A stretch of 62,538 nt of DNA, counting the filler, from Stramenopiles sp. TOSAG23-2 (taxonomy: Eukaryota): assembly GCA_900128395.1 (NCBI GenBank). It is 8 parts of 8 records of this genome, joined end to end, with 100 filler letters (N's around TTAATTAATTAA, not from the genome) between each part and the next. Parts side by side here need not be neighbours in the genome. Positions count along the whole stretch, not along the records: positions 1 to 26,313 come from LT649437.1; 7 more parts are not named here. The stretch is one strand, 5' to 3'. A model generated the notes under the pieces. It saw nothing but the letters and a program-made list of their open reading frames with translations, was not told where the DNA came from and did not search any database. Numbering within the stretch: position 1 is the first letter of the stretch; each line of letters starts with the position of its first letter. Below are positions 11,431 through 21,244 of the stretch, one piece after another. The translations under genes were made by a program, and so were the position numbers.

Positions 11431-11577
11431 TTCCGATGCCGGGATCTATATATATTTATTTTATGATTTATTGTTAGAAAGAATATTTTTCATTTTTTTT
11501 GTTTGTTTTGTGTACATACTCGAACCCGGGTTTCCTGCGTGAAAGGCAGAAATGCTGACCAACTACACTACATCGGA
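11431..11577 (-). tRNA. tRNA-Glu(UUC) with a 74-nt insert in the T-loop (exon 1 11577-11520, exon 2 11445-11431)
   Basis: Joined exons give a full 73-nt cloverleaf: acceptor TCCGATG/CATCGGA, D stem GTGT/GCAT, anticodon arm TCTGC-CTTTCAC-GCAGG, variable AAAC, T arm CCGGG-TTCGAAT-CCCGG, discriminator A. Confidence 0.92.
11446..11519 (-). other. GT-AG (spliceosomal-type) intron inside the tRNA-Glu T-loop at 58/59
   Basis: GTATGTAC...TTTCTAACAAT...ATATAG; CTAAC at 11477-11473, branch A 28 nt before the terminal G; the boundaries cannot slide. Confidence 0.8.
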
Positions 11578-12007
11578 TGTTGTAAGATGCTTTACTTCTT
11601 ATGAGAAATGTGAAAAAAATAGTATATATACAAATAAAAAATTTTCTTCCGAGTTAGAAATAGGGTTCTCACCTTCGAGAAGTTTTTCCGTGATGCTATT
11701 CCTATACTAACTTTTCAAAACAAACGAACACCAAACACAACCACACAAAACTGAAGAATGATGCCGGGCACACAATACCATATCAACAACCAACAATCAT
11801 ATTATTATAATGCACTAATCATCAAAAAAACTCGCAAAAAAAATAATCGAACACTTCACATACACATAGTCACAGTCTACTACACACAATCATCTCTCTG
11901 TCTGTCTGTCTCTTTCTATCTATCTATCTACATACACATAACGTTGTATCAATTTGGATAATTTTGAAAACATAAAACAGACACATTAAAACCAACAAAT
12001 AACAACA

Positions 12008-14389
12008 ATGGCATCTATTGCAAATAATAATGAAAAAACTGTATTAGGTATTGATATTGGTACGACTAAAATTACTATATCATCTATTACTACAAACCCA
12101 ACAACTTTAACAAAACCATCAAATGACTTTACACCTATAGTATTATCAAGTGATACTGGTAGTAAATCCATTCCACCATTAGTTGGATTTCGTAACAAGA
12201 AAAGAAATATTGGGGAAACGGCTGCGTTAGAAGAAAACTCAAATGCAAAAAATACAATTAAAGATTTGATTTATTTTCTTGGTACCAATAATAATAATAT
12301 TGACAACGTCGTTGCACCAAATAAATTTCGTCAATTTCGACTTGTCAACGACGACAACAATGTATCATATGCAGTTATTGATTACAATAACAAAGAAACA
12401 CAATTGCGATTGGAATTGTTAATCTCTATGTTGATACGAACTGCAAGAAGTTACTCAAAAGCAACTAATATCGAAGGCGTATCTATTACTGTACCAGTAT
12501 CATATACAGAAGGTCAAAGAAAAGCACTTATTGATGCAGTACATATCAGTGAAATGAAACCAATGCCATTTATCAATACCTGTGAAGCTATGGTAATCAT
12601 GTTTGAAATAAAACATCGTGATCGTATTGTAGAAGCATGTAATGGTAGTGAAGAAGAGGAGAGGAATAATTACAATGTAATTTTATTAGATATTGGACAT
12701 ACTACTACTAATCTGGCTTTAGCACAATATCAAGTTGATAATAATAATAATGTTACTAGTAAAATTATTTCATCGGTTGGTAAATCAAATTTAGGTGCAC
12801 GCAACATTGATGATGGATTATTCAATGCAGTGACATCCATATTATCATCTAAGCATAAGTTAGATGTTAAACCAGCATCAAAAGTTGGTTCTAGAATATT
12901 AAGACAATGTAAAAAAGCAAAAGAAATATTGTCAACGATTGGTGAAACAAGTATTGTACTTGAAAATTTACCTGGTGATATTGATGCAAGAATACCAATA
13001 TCAAAATCAACATTGGAAGAATCATCGAAATATGTAGCAACAGAATTGGAAGCTTTATTCCAAACTTTATTTGAAAATTGCTCCTCTGTCGTTTCCAAGG
13101 AAAACGTGCATGTTATTGAAATTAGTGGTGGTGGTGTACGTATACCATTTATTAAAAAGGTAATTGAAAATGCTGTTTCAACAACAACGGCAAAGTGTCA
13201 AACGACATTGAGTCCAGAAGCATCCTCAAAAGCAGCTGCCATTGTTGCTGCTAATGCAATTGTGGCATCAAATAATGGTAGTAATAATAAAGATAAAGAA
13301 GTGGAAGAAGAGGAGAAGGTGAAGAAGAAAGAAGAAGAAGAAGAAGAAAAAGAAACAGATGAAGCAAAAGATGATACAGAAGAAACAACCAATGTTGCAG
13401 ATACAAAAGATGAAGAAACACCAACATCGAGTAGCATTATCACCAGCTTGGCAAATTTAGTAATAGATAATGAGAAATATGCAATTGGAAATATGAAAGA
13501 AAATGAAATAGAAATGGCGAAAAGCCTTGAAATGATAATGCAATTGCAAGATAATGCATTAGCAGAAATTGGGGATGCTAGGAATTCATTGGAATCATAT
13601 ATATATGAAATGCGAAGTATTTGTAATGGAAATACAGGAAGTCAACATTACAAATTGTTAAATAGCGAGAAATTATTACCATTGCTAATGGAAGCGGAGG
13701 ATTGGATGTATGAATCAGATGATTATACAAAAGAAAATTATGTGGAAAAATTAAATGAAATTACTACTGTATTTCAAGAAACATCTCCGGGATATTTTGA
13801 AGCTGTTGAAAAAGAACGATTGAAATTGGAATCAGAATTGAATGAGGGTGAAAAAATAGGCGATAAAGAACGTGCGTTGGAAAGTGAAAATGCGGAAGAT
13901 GATCATGATCGTAGAAAATTGAAAAAAGATGATCGTATGCGTTTAGTTGTACGGAATAAAAACGAAGGGACGGAATTGTTTAAAGGTGGCGTATATAAGC
14001 AAGCTGCCATACGTTATACGAAGGCGTTGCAAAATTGTACAAAATTCTTTGATTTATCAGAAGCTGATGAAAAAGAAGTGAATGAAATTAAAGTAAAATT
14101 GCATTTAAATATTGCAATGTGTTTTTTGAAATTGAAAAATAATCATAAAGTTATTAACAATTGCACAGATGCATTAGAGCTTGATAACGACAATGTAAAA
14201 GCATTGTTCCGTAGGGCAACTGCATATTACAACGAAAAAAAAATTAAAGAAGCAAAAAGTGATTTAAAACGCGCTGTAAAACTTAATCCAGAGGATAAAG
14301 CAATTAAGAAATTAACTGCAAAAATCGATGTAGTTATTAAAAAACAAAAAGCAAAAGAGAAAAAAATGGCAAAACGTATGTTTGGTTGA
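12008..14389 (+). CDS. Hsp70/Hsp110-like nucleotide-binding domain and lid helices fused to an FKBP/Cyp40-type TPR domain
   Basis: VLGIDIGTT, LDIGHTTT, ISGGGVRIPFIK, ARNSLESYIYEMR; C-terminal TPRs KNEGTELFK...LHLNIAMCFLKL...NVKALFRRA. Confidence 0.85.
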   Translation: MASIANNNEKTVLGIDIGTTKITISSITTNPTTLTKPSNDFTPIVLSSDTGSKSIPPLVGFRNKKRNIGETAALEENSNAKNTIKDLIYFLGTNNNNIDNVVAPNKFRQFRLVNDDNNVSYAVIDYNNKETQLRLELLISMLIRTARSYSKATNIEGVSITVPVSYTEGQRKALIDAVHISEMKPMPFINTCEAMVIMFEIKHRDRIVEACNGSEEEERNNYNVILLDIGHTTTNLALAQYQVDNNNNVTSKIISSVGKSNLGARNIDDGLFNAVTSILSSKHKLDVKPASKVGSRILRQCKKAKEILSTIGETSIVLENLPGDIDARIPISKSTLEESSKYVATELEALFQTLFENCSSVVSKENVHVIEISGGGVRIPFIKKVIENAVSTTTAKCQTTLSPEASSKAAAIVAANAIVASNNGSNNKDKEVEEEEKVKKKEEEEEEKETDEAKDDTEETTNVADTKDEETPTSSSIITSLANLVIDNEKYAIGNMKENEIEMAKSLEMIMQLQDNALAEIGDARNSLESYIYEMRSICNGNTGSQHYKLLNSEKLLPLLMEAEDWMYESDDYTKENYVEKLNEITTVFQETSPGYFEAVEKERLKLESELNEGEKIGDKERALESENAEDDHDRRKLKKDDRMRLVVRNKNEGTELFKGGVYKQAAIRYTKALQNCTKFFDLSEADEKEVNEIKVKLHLNIAMCFLKLKNNHKVINNCTDALELDNDNVKALFRRATAYYNEKKIKEAKSDLKRAVKLNPEDKAIKKLTAKIDVVIKKQKAKEKKMAKRMFG

Positions 14390-17300
14390 GAGTATATATA
14401 TTGTGAATCAGTATGTGATACACTACGTCCTTCAAGAACTATTGTTTCTTTTGGAATGTGGGAAATATGATGAGTTTGTTTTCCTTTGGTAGCGGCGTCG
14501 TTACTATTATGAATTATATCTTTCCTCTTTTCCGTATTCTCAAAACTAACATTACTGCCAACATTTCTAGGTCGAATCTCTACCTTTGACTTAGAAGTGG
14601 AAGATGATTTTTTACAAAATTTTTTACAAAATGTTTTACTTGAAACGAATCCATATCTGCATACACCAATGTACAAAGCATTTTCAAATACTAATGTACA
14701 AAATCCAATAAGAAAAACCGTTGCATTCAGGGTAATCAAAATATAGGCCATAAAAGTATCCTCATATAAACCATTGTCTGGATCGTCCATTTTCAATATT
14801 AATCCACCCAATAACGTTAATAATAATTGTATGCTTGCAAAAATCTGTAACCAATTGTCGGCTGGCTCTTTATATGGTTTTTTATCATTTAGATAAATCA
14901 CATAAAATTGACAAACAAGCAATCCTGATAACACTTGAGCGGATGTCCCAGGCGCTAATAATACCAATCCACCTGTTAATAATGCTTTTCGAAACATTTC
15001 TATTAACTCCCAATACCAAACATCATCTTCATAGGCTTCAAATAATGAGCCATATTTCATAATTATGGATTCCTTCAATATTTCCAATTTATCATTGTCG
15101 TCGTGTGGTAGTGTCAACATTTGACAATTGCATTTTTTTTTAACTTTTTTAATCTTCTTCACCAATTCTTTATTGTTCTTCTTACTTGCAGTAATACTTG
15201 TAGTAAAATCACCTGGAACATTAAAATAAACGCTTCTTCCCTTTCGCAATTGTATTGTTTTGCGTAATTTATTCAGTTCTATGCGATGATTAAAATTAAG
15301 CATTCGTTTATCTGTCGTTTCTAATAATTCTACTTTCTTTTCATCTGCATTATTATGATCATAATTTATCGCGGCAATAACCTTGCGATAGTGTCTTAAT
15401 AAAAGATATAAAAGTATAGGAATTCCTAATATATAAATTACGACAAATATAATTGCATACATTACTGCAATTGTATGTCTACCTTGCATACATTCAACAG
15501 AATAATCAGCAGACAAATAAAATTCATTTTTCGCACCAAGCTTTTCACAACGTAAAACACGAAATATACGAACAGTAAGACCTGGATAAATCAAAAATAC
15601 CATAAACATAAATGATGTTGTTGCACGGTCAAAAATTATATTCCATGTATTTTTTTGCTTGTGCTGTTTTGTATGTTTTCTACATAGTGATCTTGTTTTC
15701 TTTATGCATATTGCAGTGAATGCGGCAAGTAGTAAAATGGCTAAAAATATCGGCAGCACCATCATATGCATATAGAAAGCATCTAAAAATGGTACTGTTA
15801 AATTACAAACATCAACTGTACCAAATATAATTTGCATATCAAAGTTAATAAATGCAAAAGACCGAAAATACGTTTGAAATTGTTTTGGCCATGGTACATC
15901 AAACGTTAAATCTAAGTTGCTTAAAACTTGAATATATCCAACTACAATACGAAGCTGGCGCACTATGCGCTCTCTTTTTGACGATATGCTTTCATTCATG
16001 TGTTTATCAACTTGGCTATTTACTCTGCTTGATATTTGATCTTTTACTTGATTTTGTATATTCTCGTTTATTTCTTCAATCACATCATTGTATGGATCAC
16101 CAAGTGCTTCTTCCATAGCTTCATCTAAGATAGTTTCTTTTACAAAATGTTCTTCCCGTTTTTGTCGCACACGTTTTGTAGCACGCGCAGCACGTATTTT
16201 TAGTTTTGCATAAAAATCAACATGTTTTGTTGGGTTATTATTATTTTTTGTCAACTTTTTTCTTTCTTTCTCTGGTTTTTCCTTATGATTATCTTCATTT
16301 TCCTTTTTCTTATTATTACAAATCCAGCAATTACAACATGATATATCCAAGAGAAATAAAAGTATTACAATGTAAATGAAAAAAACAATACTTTCTATTA
16401 AAACGACCATACTATCACTATTTTGAGTACCTTCACAAATTTGGCAAATTGCAACTTCACCTTGTTTTTTATATCCAGTTTTACATACTTCGCATAATGG
16501 ACCTTTGTGGGAGTCAAAGCATTGGGTTTCATTCTTTGCAGATCCTCCCACACAATAGTTTTCATTATTACATTCAAAAAAATCTGTACTATGTATTGAA
16601 TTGCGCCATGTACCTTTCGCAGAGACTATTGATTCTAATGTTACTCCTAATGTGTCGTCACAATTGGAATTATCAGGGCATATTAAACAGTCCGAATATG
16701 GTGGCAAATAGTAGTTTAAAGAGCAAATGCATTTCCTACCATCCTTACCACGATTATATGCGCCTAAGAATTCACCTAGTCCACAACCGGTAGATGTGAC
16801 ACTTAAATCAAAGGATATTGCAGCAAGATTTTTGTAAACCATATCATCACTATCAACAACATGTTGCAATTCGCAATTGTATGAAACCGATTCTTTGGCA
16901 TAAAATTGACCATCGTCAGCAGCTGAAATTTGTACAGTTTGTGCAATATAATAATTATTAGTGGCAAAAGAAACCAGAGGAGTCATGACTTTGCAATTTT
17001 TATTGGAACTGATAATGTTAATCTTTACATCCAATGCTTCAGGGGCTGTTGTAAGTTTTAAATTGTATTGAAAAATCCCACCTTCCGATACAAACCCACC
17101 ATCTAGTGGAAAGCCAGATATACCAGCCGCTACGTCATTACTTGTAACTACTATGGTTTTACTGCTTTCTTGGTTTGAATATTTAGGATCTGTACTATTA
17201 CTTTTTATAATTAAATTAAACGTTGTGCCGGCTCCATAATTACCTTCTAAAGCTTTCACGACGATAGGATTGTTAATGTTCTTCCAATCATCATGGCCTT

Positions 17301-20300
17301 TTGATATTGTAAATGAGGTTGGGTTTACACTAATTAGACTAGAGACAATTGAAATCGTTATTGTTACATTTTCCATTGGTTTTGATGCAATTCCAGTGAA
17401 AGTAAATGTTTGGGATTGACCAGCTTCTTCCAATTGTATCACATTGTTGTTTGCCAAAACAATACCAGCGGTGTCATCATCCGTTACTTTGGTAATCACC
17501 GTACTATTTGTTGTTTTGCTGAAAAATATATTGTCTAATGTCTGAATGAAGTATAAAACTTCAAACAATTCAATATCAATATCATTGTCGATAGAGTCAC
17601 CACTTGCACTTAGCGTAATTAACTGTGGTATATCCCAATTATTTATCGTAAACGTTACTATCGATGGACTTAACATGATTTTTAACGGCGTTTTCAAACG
17701 CGGAGAAGTGATTTTAGAGTAAACCACCACAGAGTCTGTAGGTTTTGTATCTAATACCATTCCATACGATGTATTTGTCCCCTCTGTAATACCCAGAGGA
17801 CCAACAACTTTTAACTTGTACTCAAATCCACCACCTTGTTTTTGCAATTGTAATTTAACATCAGCATTATCATTGTTAATCGCGGTAATAGTAAATGATT
17901 GTGGGGAAGAATTTGCATCCTCATAAACAATATCTGAACTTGTAACTGTATGTGTTAATGTACATGTAAAGGAAGTGGCATCAGTTCCTTCATCCACATA
18001 GTTATCTTCGACATCTACAGTAACTTCAAAACTAGAATCATAATTGCTGAGGGTAAATATGAAAGAAGATTGTAACAACATGCATTTTGCATCAGAACTT
18101 GCAACTGATACTAGAACATCAGATGCTTCCGGAGCATCTGTTAAACTAATTATGTACGTATATGTTCCGCCTTCCGTAACTTGTTGCGGAGCTGGTATGT
18201 TCACACTACCTACTGCTGTATAGCAAATTGCAACGGAATTGCTCCTTAAACCTGACACAATTAATGTAACATTTTTTTGCAAACAAGTCCCTGGTACACC
18301 AGCTTCAGTGAATGTACATTTCGCATTGTTGTACGAATGGCGGATAGGATTGGGACATGTAGTAACTTGATTAGTTTGAATATCTTGGATTTCAATTGTT
18401 ATACTCGCATTTGCAAATTCAGATCCATTTAAAATTAAATCACCACCACCTAATGTTGGAGAAACTTTGGTAATGGATGGTATTTTGTATGAAAATGTTG
18501 TTGATGAAGCTGCATCTTGTGTTCCAATTTTTATATTTACTGGAAGATTTCCTCCGCTTCCTATAGGTGTTATTGCTGCAATCTCATTAGCAGAAATCCA
18601 AGTTATATTAGTACATGACTGGCCGTTTATTGTAAGTGAAATGATTGAAGATTCACTACCAAAATTTGTACCAGTGAAAGTAGTTAATATATCTCCACGG
18701 GAGGTACTTGGATTTGGAGATATGTGTGTAATGGTTGGAGGTGAATATGAAAATAATTTTGCTACATGTTGCGTATTTGATTTACCATTTGCAGCTGTTA
18801 CATTAATTACATGATTTGCACCATCACTAGGTGGAAGGGTGCATATTATTTCAGTGGAAGTCCATGATGATGGAGAGCAAGTTTTACCTCCGATATCAAT
18901 TTTATTTTGTTCGGATCCAGTTTGAATCAAATATTGCCCACTAAATTTTATTACTATGGCAGTTGTTGGACATTTATTTAAGTGGTTGTATAGACCGTTG
19001 TCGTTTATACAATTTGACGACGTTATGTTTGTGATGTATGGGTATGATGGATCTGGATCGCAGCGGACACCTAACGAAGATGGGCTTTCATCAGCACATT
19101 CTGTACCAGTTATTCCAACTGTGATGTATGGGTATGATGGATCTGGATCGCAGCGGACACCTAACGAAGATGGGCTTTCATCAGCACATTCTGTACCAGT
19201 TATTCCAACATCTAGACACATATTACCGCTAGTAGCGTATGAGCAAGATTTTGCTGCCGAAATCTCATTAAATGGAGTCACTGATGCAGGATATGAAAGC
19301 AATGCACCCATATTTACACGGATGTAAATCCCCTTATCATTTGTTAGATCAAAGTTTCCCATGTTCATACTAGAATCTTCGAATGTACACTCCACTATTG
19401 CCAGTGTCACTGACTCGGGATAGTCATTATAGGTCCTGATATCTATACTATATGTATTACCAGTTCCCGGTGGAGCATGGCCTATTACTGTGACATATTT
19501 TAGAATTATGTAACCAGGTACAAGATATAGATCCCTAGATTTCCCGTTTTGTATTTTGTTTCTAGCTATTATGCTATTGGTCATAATGACTTTACCTAAC
19601 CCGGCTCCTTCAATCGAAAGCCCACATGAATATGGGTAATCATATGTGCAGAGGTTGTCCGACACTTCTATGTCCTTTATTAAAATCGTACCCGTATCTC
19701 CAATCATAGTTACACGCAACCCGGCATGATCTTTCCCTGTGTTCCTGGAGAAGATACAGTTACTAATAGTTAGTGAAACAAAATTGTTTAGGCCATTATC
19801 CTCAATAGCCGCGTTCAGGCCACCACCACCACCTTCGGGGCATGAGTTTTCACTTATAATATTATTATGTATCTTTGTGATACCTGCAGTACCAGCAGAA
19901 ATTCCCCCGCCATAAAATTTAGCCCTATTTTTGGTAACAATGCAGTTCTGCAAAGTAAAATGATCAGCATTCCCGTTTTTTGATAAAAAAACTCCTGCAC
20001 CCCCACCCGAATTTGTATATCCGTGTGTCAATATTAGGTTATCAAGTGTAAAAGATTCCGAATTTAAATTGGCATCATGAAAGTGGTAAAATAATTGCAC
20101 CCCTACGTCTGAGTCCGGAACTTCATCCCATCCACCATCAATTGCAGGTTTTGTTCCAGTAGAATCTGGAATACCTGTAATTTTTAATGCACCCCGAATA
20201 TGAATAGTAGACGTTACTGAACAATTTACAGAAATTGTGTGTTCTCCAGTATAATATTTGTTACCACTGGTCCACGTACTACCATCGGAATTTGTCGATG

Positions 20301-20388
20301 TTCCAAAGTCACACAAACCATAACGTTGCAGCGAGGTTGTTGCGTGGATAAGCAAGACAGCCAACAATACCTTCAAAAATGTTACCAT
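14227..20388 (-). CDS. Large surface membrane protein: signal peptide, Pmp-like beta-helix (GGG repeats), IPT/TIG domains, Calx-beta/Ig-like repeats, Cys-rich region, multi-pass TM C-terminus
   Basis: GGGAG/YGGGI motifs; PPTITHISP...GTNFG IPT repeats; C..G..GPLCEVC; QVLSNLDLTFDVPWP, YLSADYSVEC and YGSLFEAYEDDVWYWELIEMFRKALLTG TM-region motifs. Confidence 0.8.
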   Translation of the reverse strand: MVTFLKVLLAVLLIHATTSLQRYGLCDFGTSTNSDGSTWTSGNKYYTGEHTISVNCSVTSTIHIRGALKITGIPDSTGTKPAIDGGWDEVPDSDVGVQLFYHFHDANLNSESFTLDNLILTHGYTNSGGGAGVFLSKNGNADHFTLQNCIVTKNRAKFYGGGISAGTAGITKIHNNIISENSCPEGGGGGLNAAIEDNGLNNFVSLTISNCIFSRNTGKDHAGLRVTMIGDTGTILIKDIEVSDNLCTYDYPYSCGLSIEGAGLGKVIMTNSIIARNKIQNGKSRDLYLVPGYIILKYVTVIGHAPPGTGNTYSIDIRTYNDYPESVTLAIVECTFEDSSMNMGNFDLTNDKGIYIRVNMGALLSYPASVTPFNEISAAKSCSYATSGNMCLDVGITGTECADESPSSLGVRCDPDPSYPYITVGITGTECADESPSSLGVRCDPDPSYPYITNITSSNCINDNGLYNHLNKCPTTAIVIKFSGQYLIQTGSEQNKIDIGGKTCSPSSWTSTEIICTLPPSDGANHVINVTAANGKSNTQHVAKLFSYSPPTITHISPNPSTSRGDILTTFTGTNFGSESSIISLTINGQSCTNITWISANEIAAITPIGSGGNLPVNIKIGTQDAASSTTFSYKIPSITKVSPTLGGGDLILNGSEFANASITIEIQDIQTNQVTTCPNPIRHSYNNAKCTFTEAGVPGTCLQKNVTLIVSGLRSNSVAICYTAVGSVNIPAPQQVTEGGTYTYIISLTDAPEASDVLVSVASSDAKCMLLQSSFIFTLSNYDSSFEVTVDVEDNYVDEGTDATSFTCTLTHTVTSSDIVYEDANSSPQSFTITAINNDNADVKLQLQKQGGGFEYKLKVVGPLGITEGTNTSYGMVLDTKPTDSVVVYSKITSPRLKTPLKIMLSPSIVTFTINNWDIPQLITLSASGDSIDNDIDIELFEVLYFIQTLDNIFFSKTTNSTVITKVTDDDTAGIVLANNNVIQLEEAGQSQTFTFTGIASKPMENVTITISIVSSLISVNPTSFTISKGHDDWKNINNPIVVKALEGNYGAGTTFNLIIKSNSTDPKYSNQESSKTIVVTSNDVAAGISGFPLDGGFVSEGGIFQYNLKLTTAPEALDVKINIISSNKNCKVMTPLVSFATNNYYIAQTVQISAADDGQFYAKESVSYNCELQHVVDSDDMVYKNLAAISFDLSVTSTGCGLGEFLGAYNRGKDGRKCICSLNYYLPPYSDCLICPDNSNCDDTLGVTLESIVSAKGTWRNSIHSTDFFECNNENYCVGGSAKNETQCFDSHKGPLCEVCKTGYKKQGEVAICQICEGTQNSDSMVVLIESIVFFIYIVILLFLLDISCCNCWICNNKKKENEDNHKEKPEKERKKLTKNNNNPTKHVDFYAKLKIRAARATKRVRQKREEHFVKETILDEAMEEALGDPYNDVIEEINENIQNQVKDQISSRVNSQVDKHMNESISSKRERIVRQLRIVVGYIQVLSNLDLTFDVPWPKQFQTYFRSFAFINFDMQIIFGTVDVCNLTVPFLDAFYMHMMVLPIFLAILLLAAFTAICIKKTRSLCRKHTKQHKQKNTWNIIFDRATTSFMFMVFLIYPGLTVRIFRVLRCEKLGAKNEFYLSADYSVECMQGRHTIAVMYAIIFVVIYILGIPILLYLLLRHYRKVIAAINYDHNNADEKKVELLETTDKRMLNFNHRIELNKLRKTIQLRKGRSVYFNVPGDFTTSITASKKNNKELVKKIKKVKKKCNCQMLTLPHDDNDKLEILKESIIMKYGSLFEAYEDDVWYWELIEMFRKALLTGGLVLLAPGTSAQVLSGLLVCQFYVIYLNDKKPYKEPADNWLQIFASIQLLLTLLGGLILKMDDPDNGLYEDTFMAYILITLNATVFLIGFCTLVFENALYIGVCRYGFVSSKTFCKKFCKKSSSTSKSKVEIRPRNVGSNVSFENTEKRKDIIHNSNDAATKGKQTHHISHIPKETIVLEGRSVSHTDSQYIYSQPNIRFAIFFSFAFCFLITTSIFAVNFLIALSSGLSFTARFKSLFASLIFFSL
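19030..19209. repeat. Exact 90-bp in-frame tandem duplication
   Basis: VGITGTECADESPSSLGVRCDPDPSYPYIT is encoded twice with identical nucleotides. Confidence 0.9.
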
Positions 20389-21062
20389 TCGGTGCTATTG
20401 GTTTCTCAATACTACCAATGATAATTGAAGCAAGAAGAGAAATCGCAAAGAGCATTTATGAACTTGTACCAATATAGTACTAATTATTAGTATTTACAGT
20501 TTTTTCAAAGAATAGAAGAAAGAAGAAAGAAGTTATTATATTTTAGAATTATACAATACTATCTGGTTTAGACTAATACCAGGTATTATAGCAAGTGGAG
20601 GCATAACCAGATACCAGATATGAAGTACACTAAATTTCCCCCTATGAAAAGTATACATACAAGTATAATACCAAAAGAAACAAAGAAACCAAGAACTAAA
20701 ACAAGAAACAAAAGAAGGACACCAACAAAACAGTATTTTTTTGATGCTATTATAACTGGGCTAACCAGGCTATAATCCCTTAATAGACCTAATAGCTAAT
20801 AGCTGAATAATTATAATATAATACTAATAATAATATCAAATAGTACAATACTGTAATAATAATAATACAGTAAAATTTTTGTTGCTGGCAATCTGTGCAA
20901 CCTGTTGTCTGGCAATAAACGTTAGAATTTTCTTTAATTAATTACCAATACATATATAAACAAAAGTTTTCCTTCATAAGAACTACACAAACTACCAAAA
21001 CTTCCCCAAACTAACCATACCGACACACACAACAACATCAACCACCACAACATGTTCTAATA

Positions 21063-21244
21063 AACAAAAAAAAATGTCAAGTCCTACGAAAAAAAAATCA
21101 AAAGCCATAGAAAAGGAAAAAGTTACACCACCTAAATATCGTTTAACATATCCAACAAAAAAAAATGTCAAGTCCTACGAAAAAAAAATCAAAAGCCATA
21201 GAAAAGGAAAAAGTTACACCACCTAAATATCGTTTAACATATCC
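21063..21244. repeat. Exact 91-bp tandem duplication of the gene start
   Basis: ATG at 21074 and 21165 with identical surrounding 91 bp. Confidence 0.9.

Noticed and set aside
11446-11519. tRNA insert as an endonuclease-type, group I/II or transposon insertion
   Set aside because: Not at 37/38, no bulge-helix-bulge, too short and unstructured for a ribozyme, and no terminal repeats or target-site duplication.
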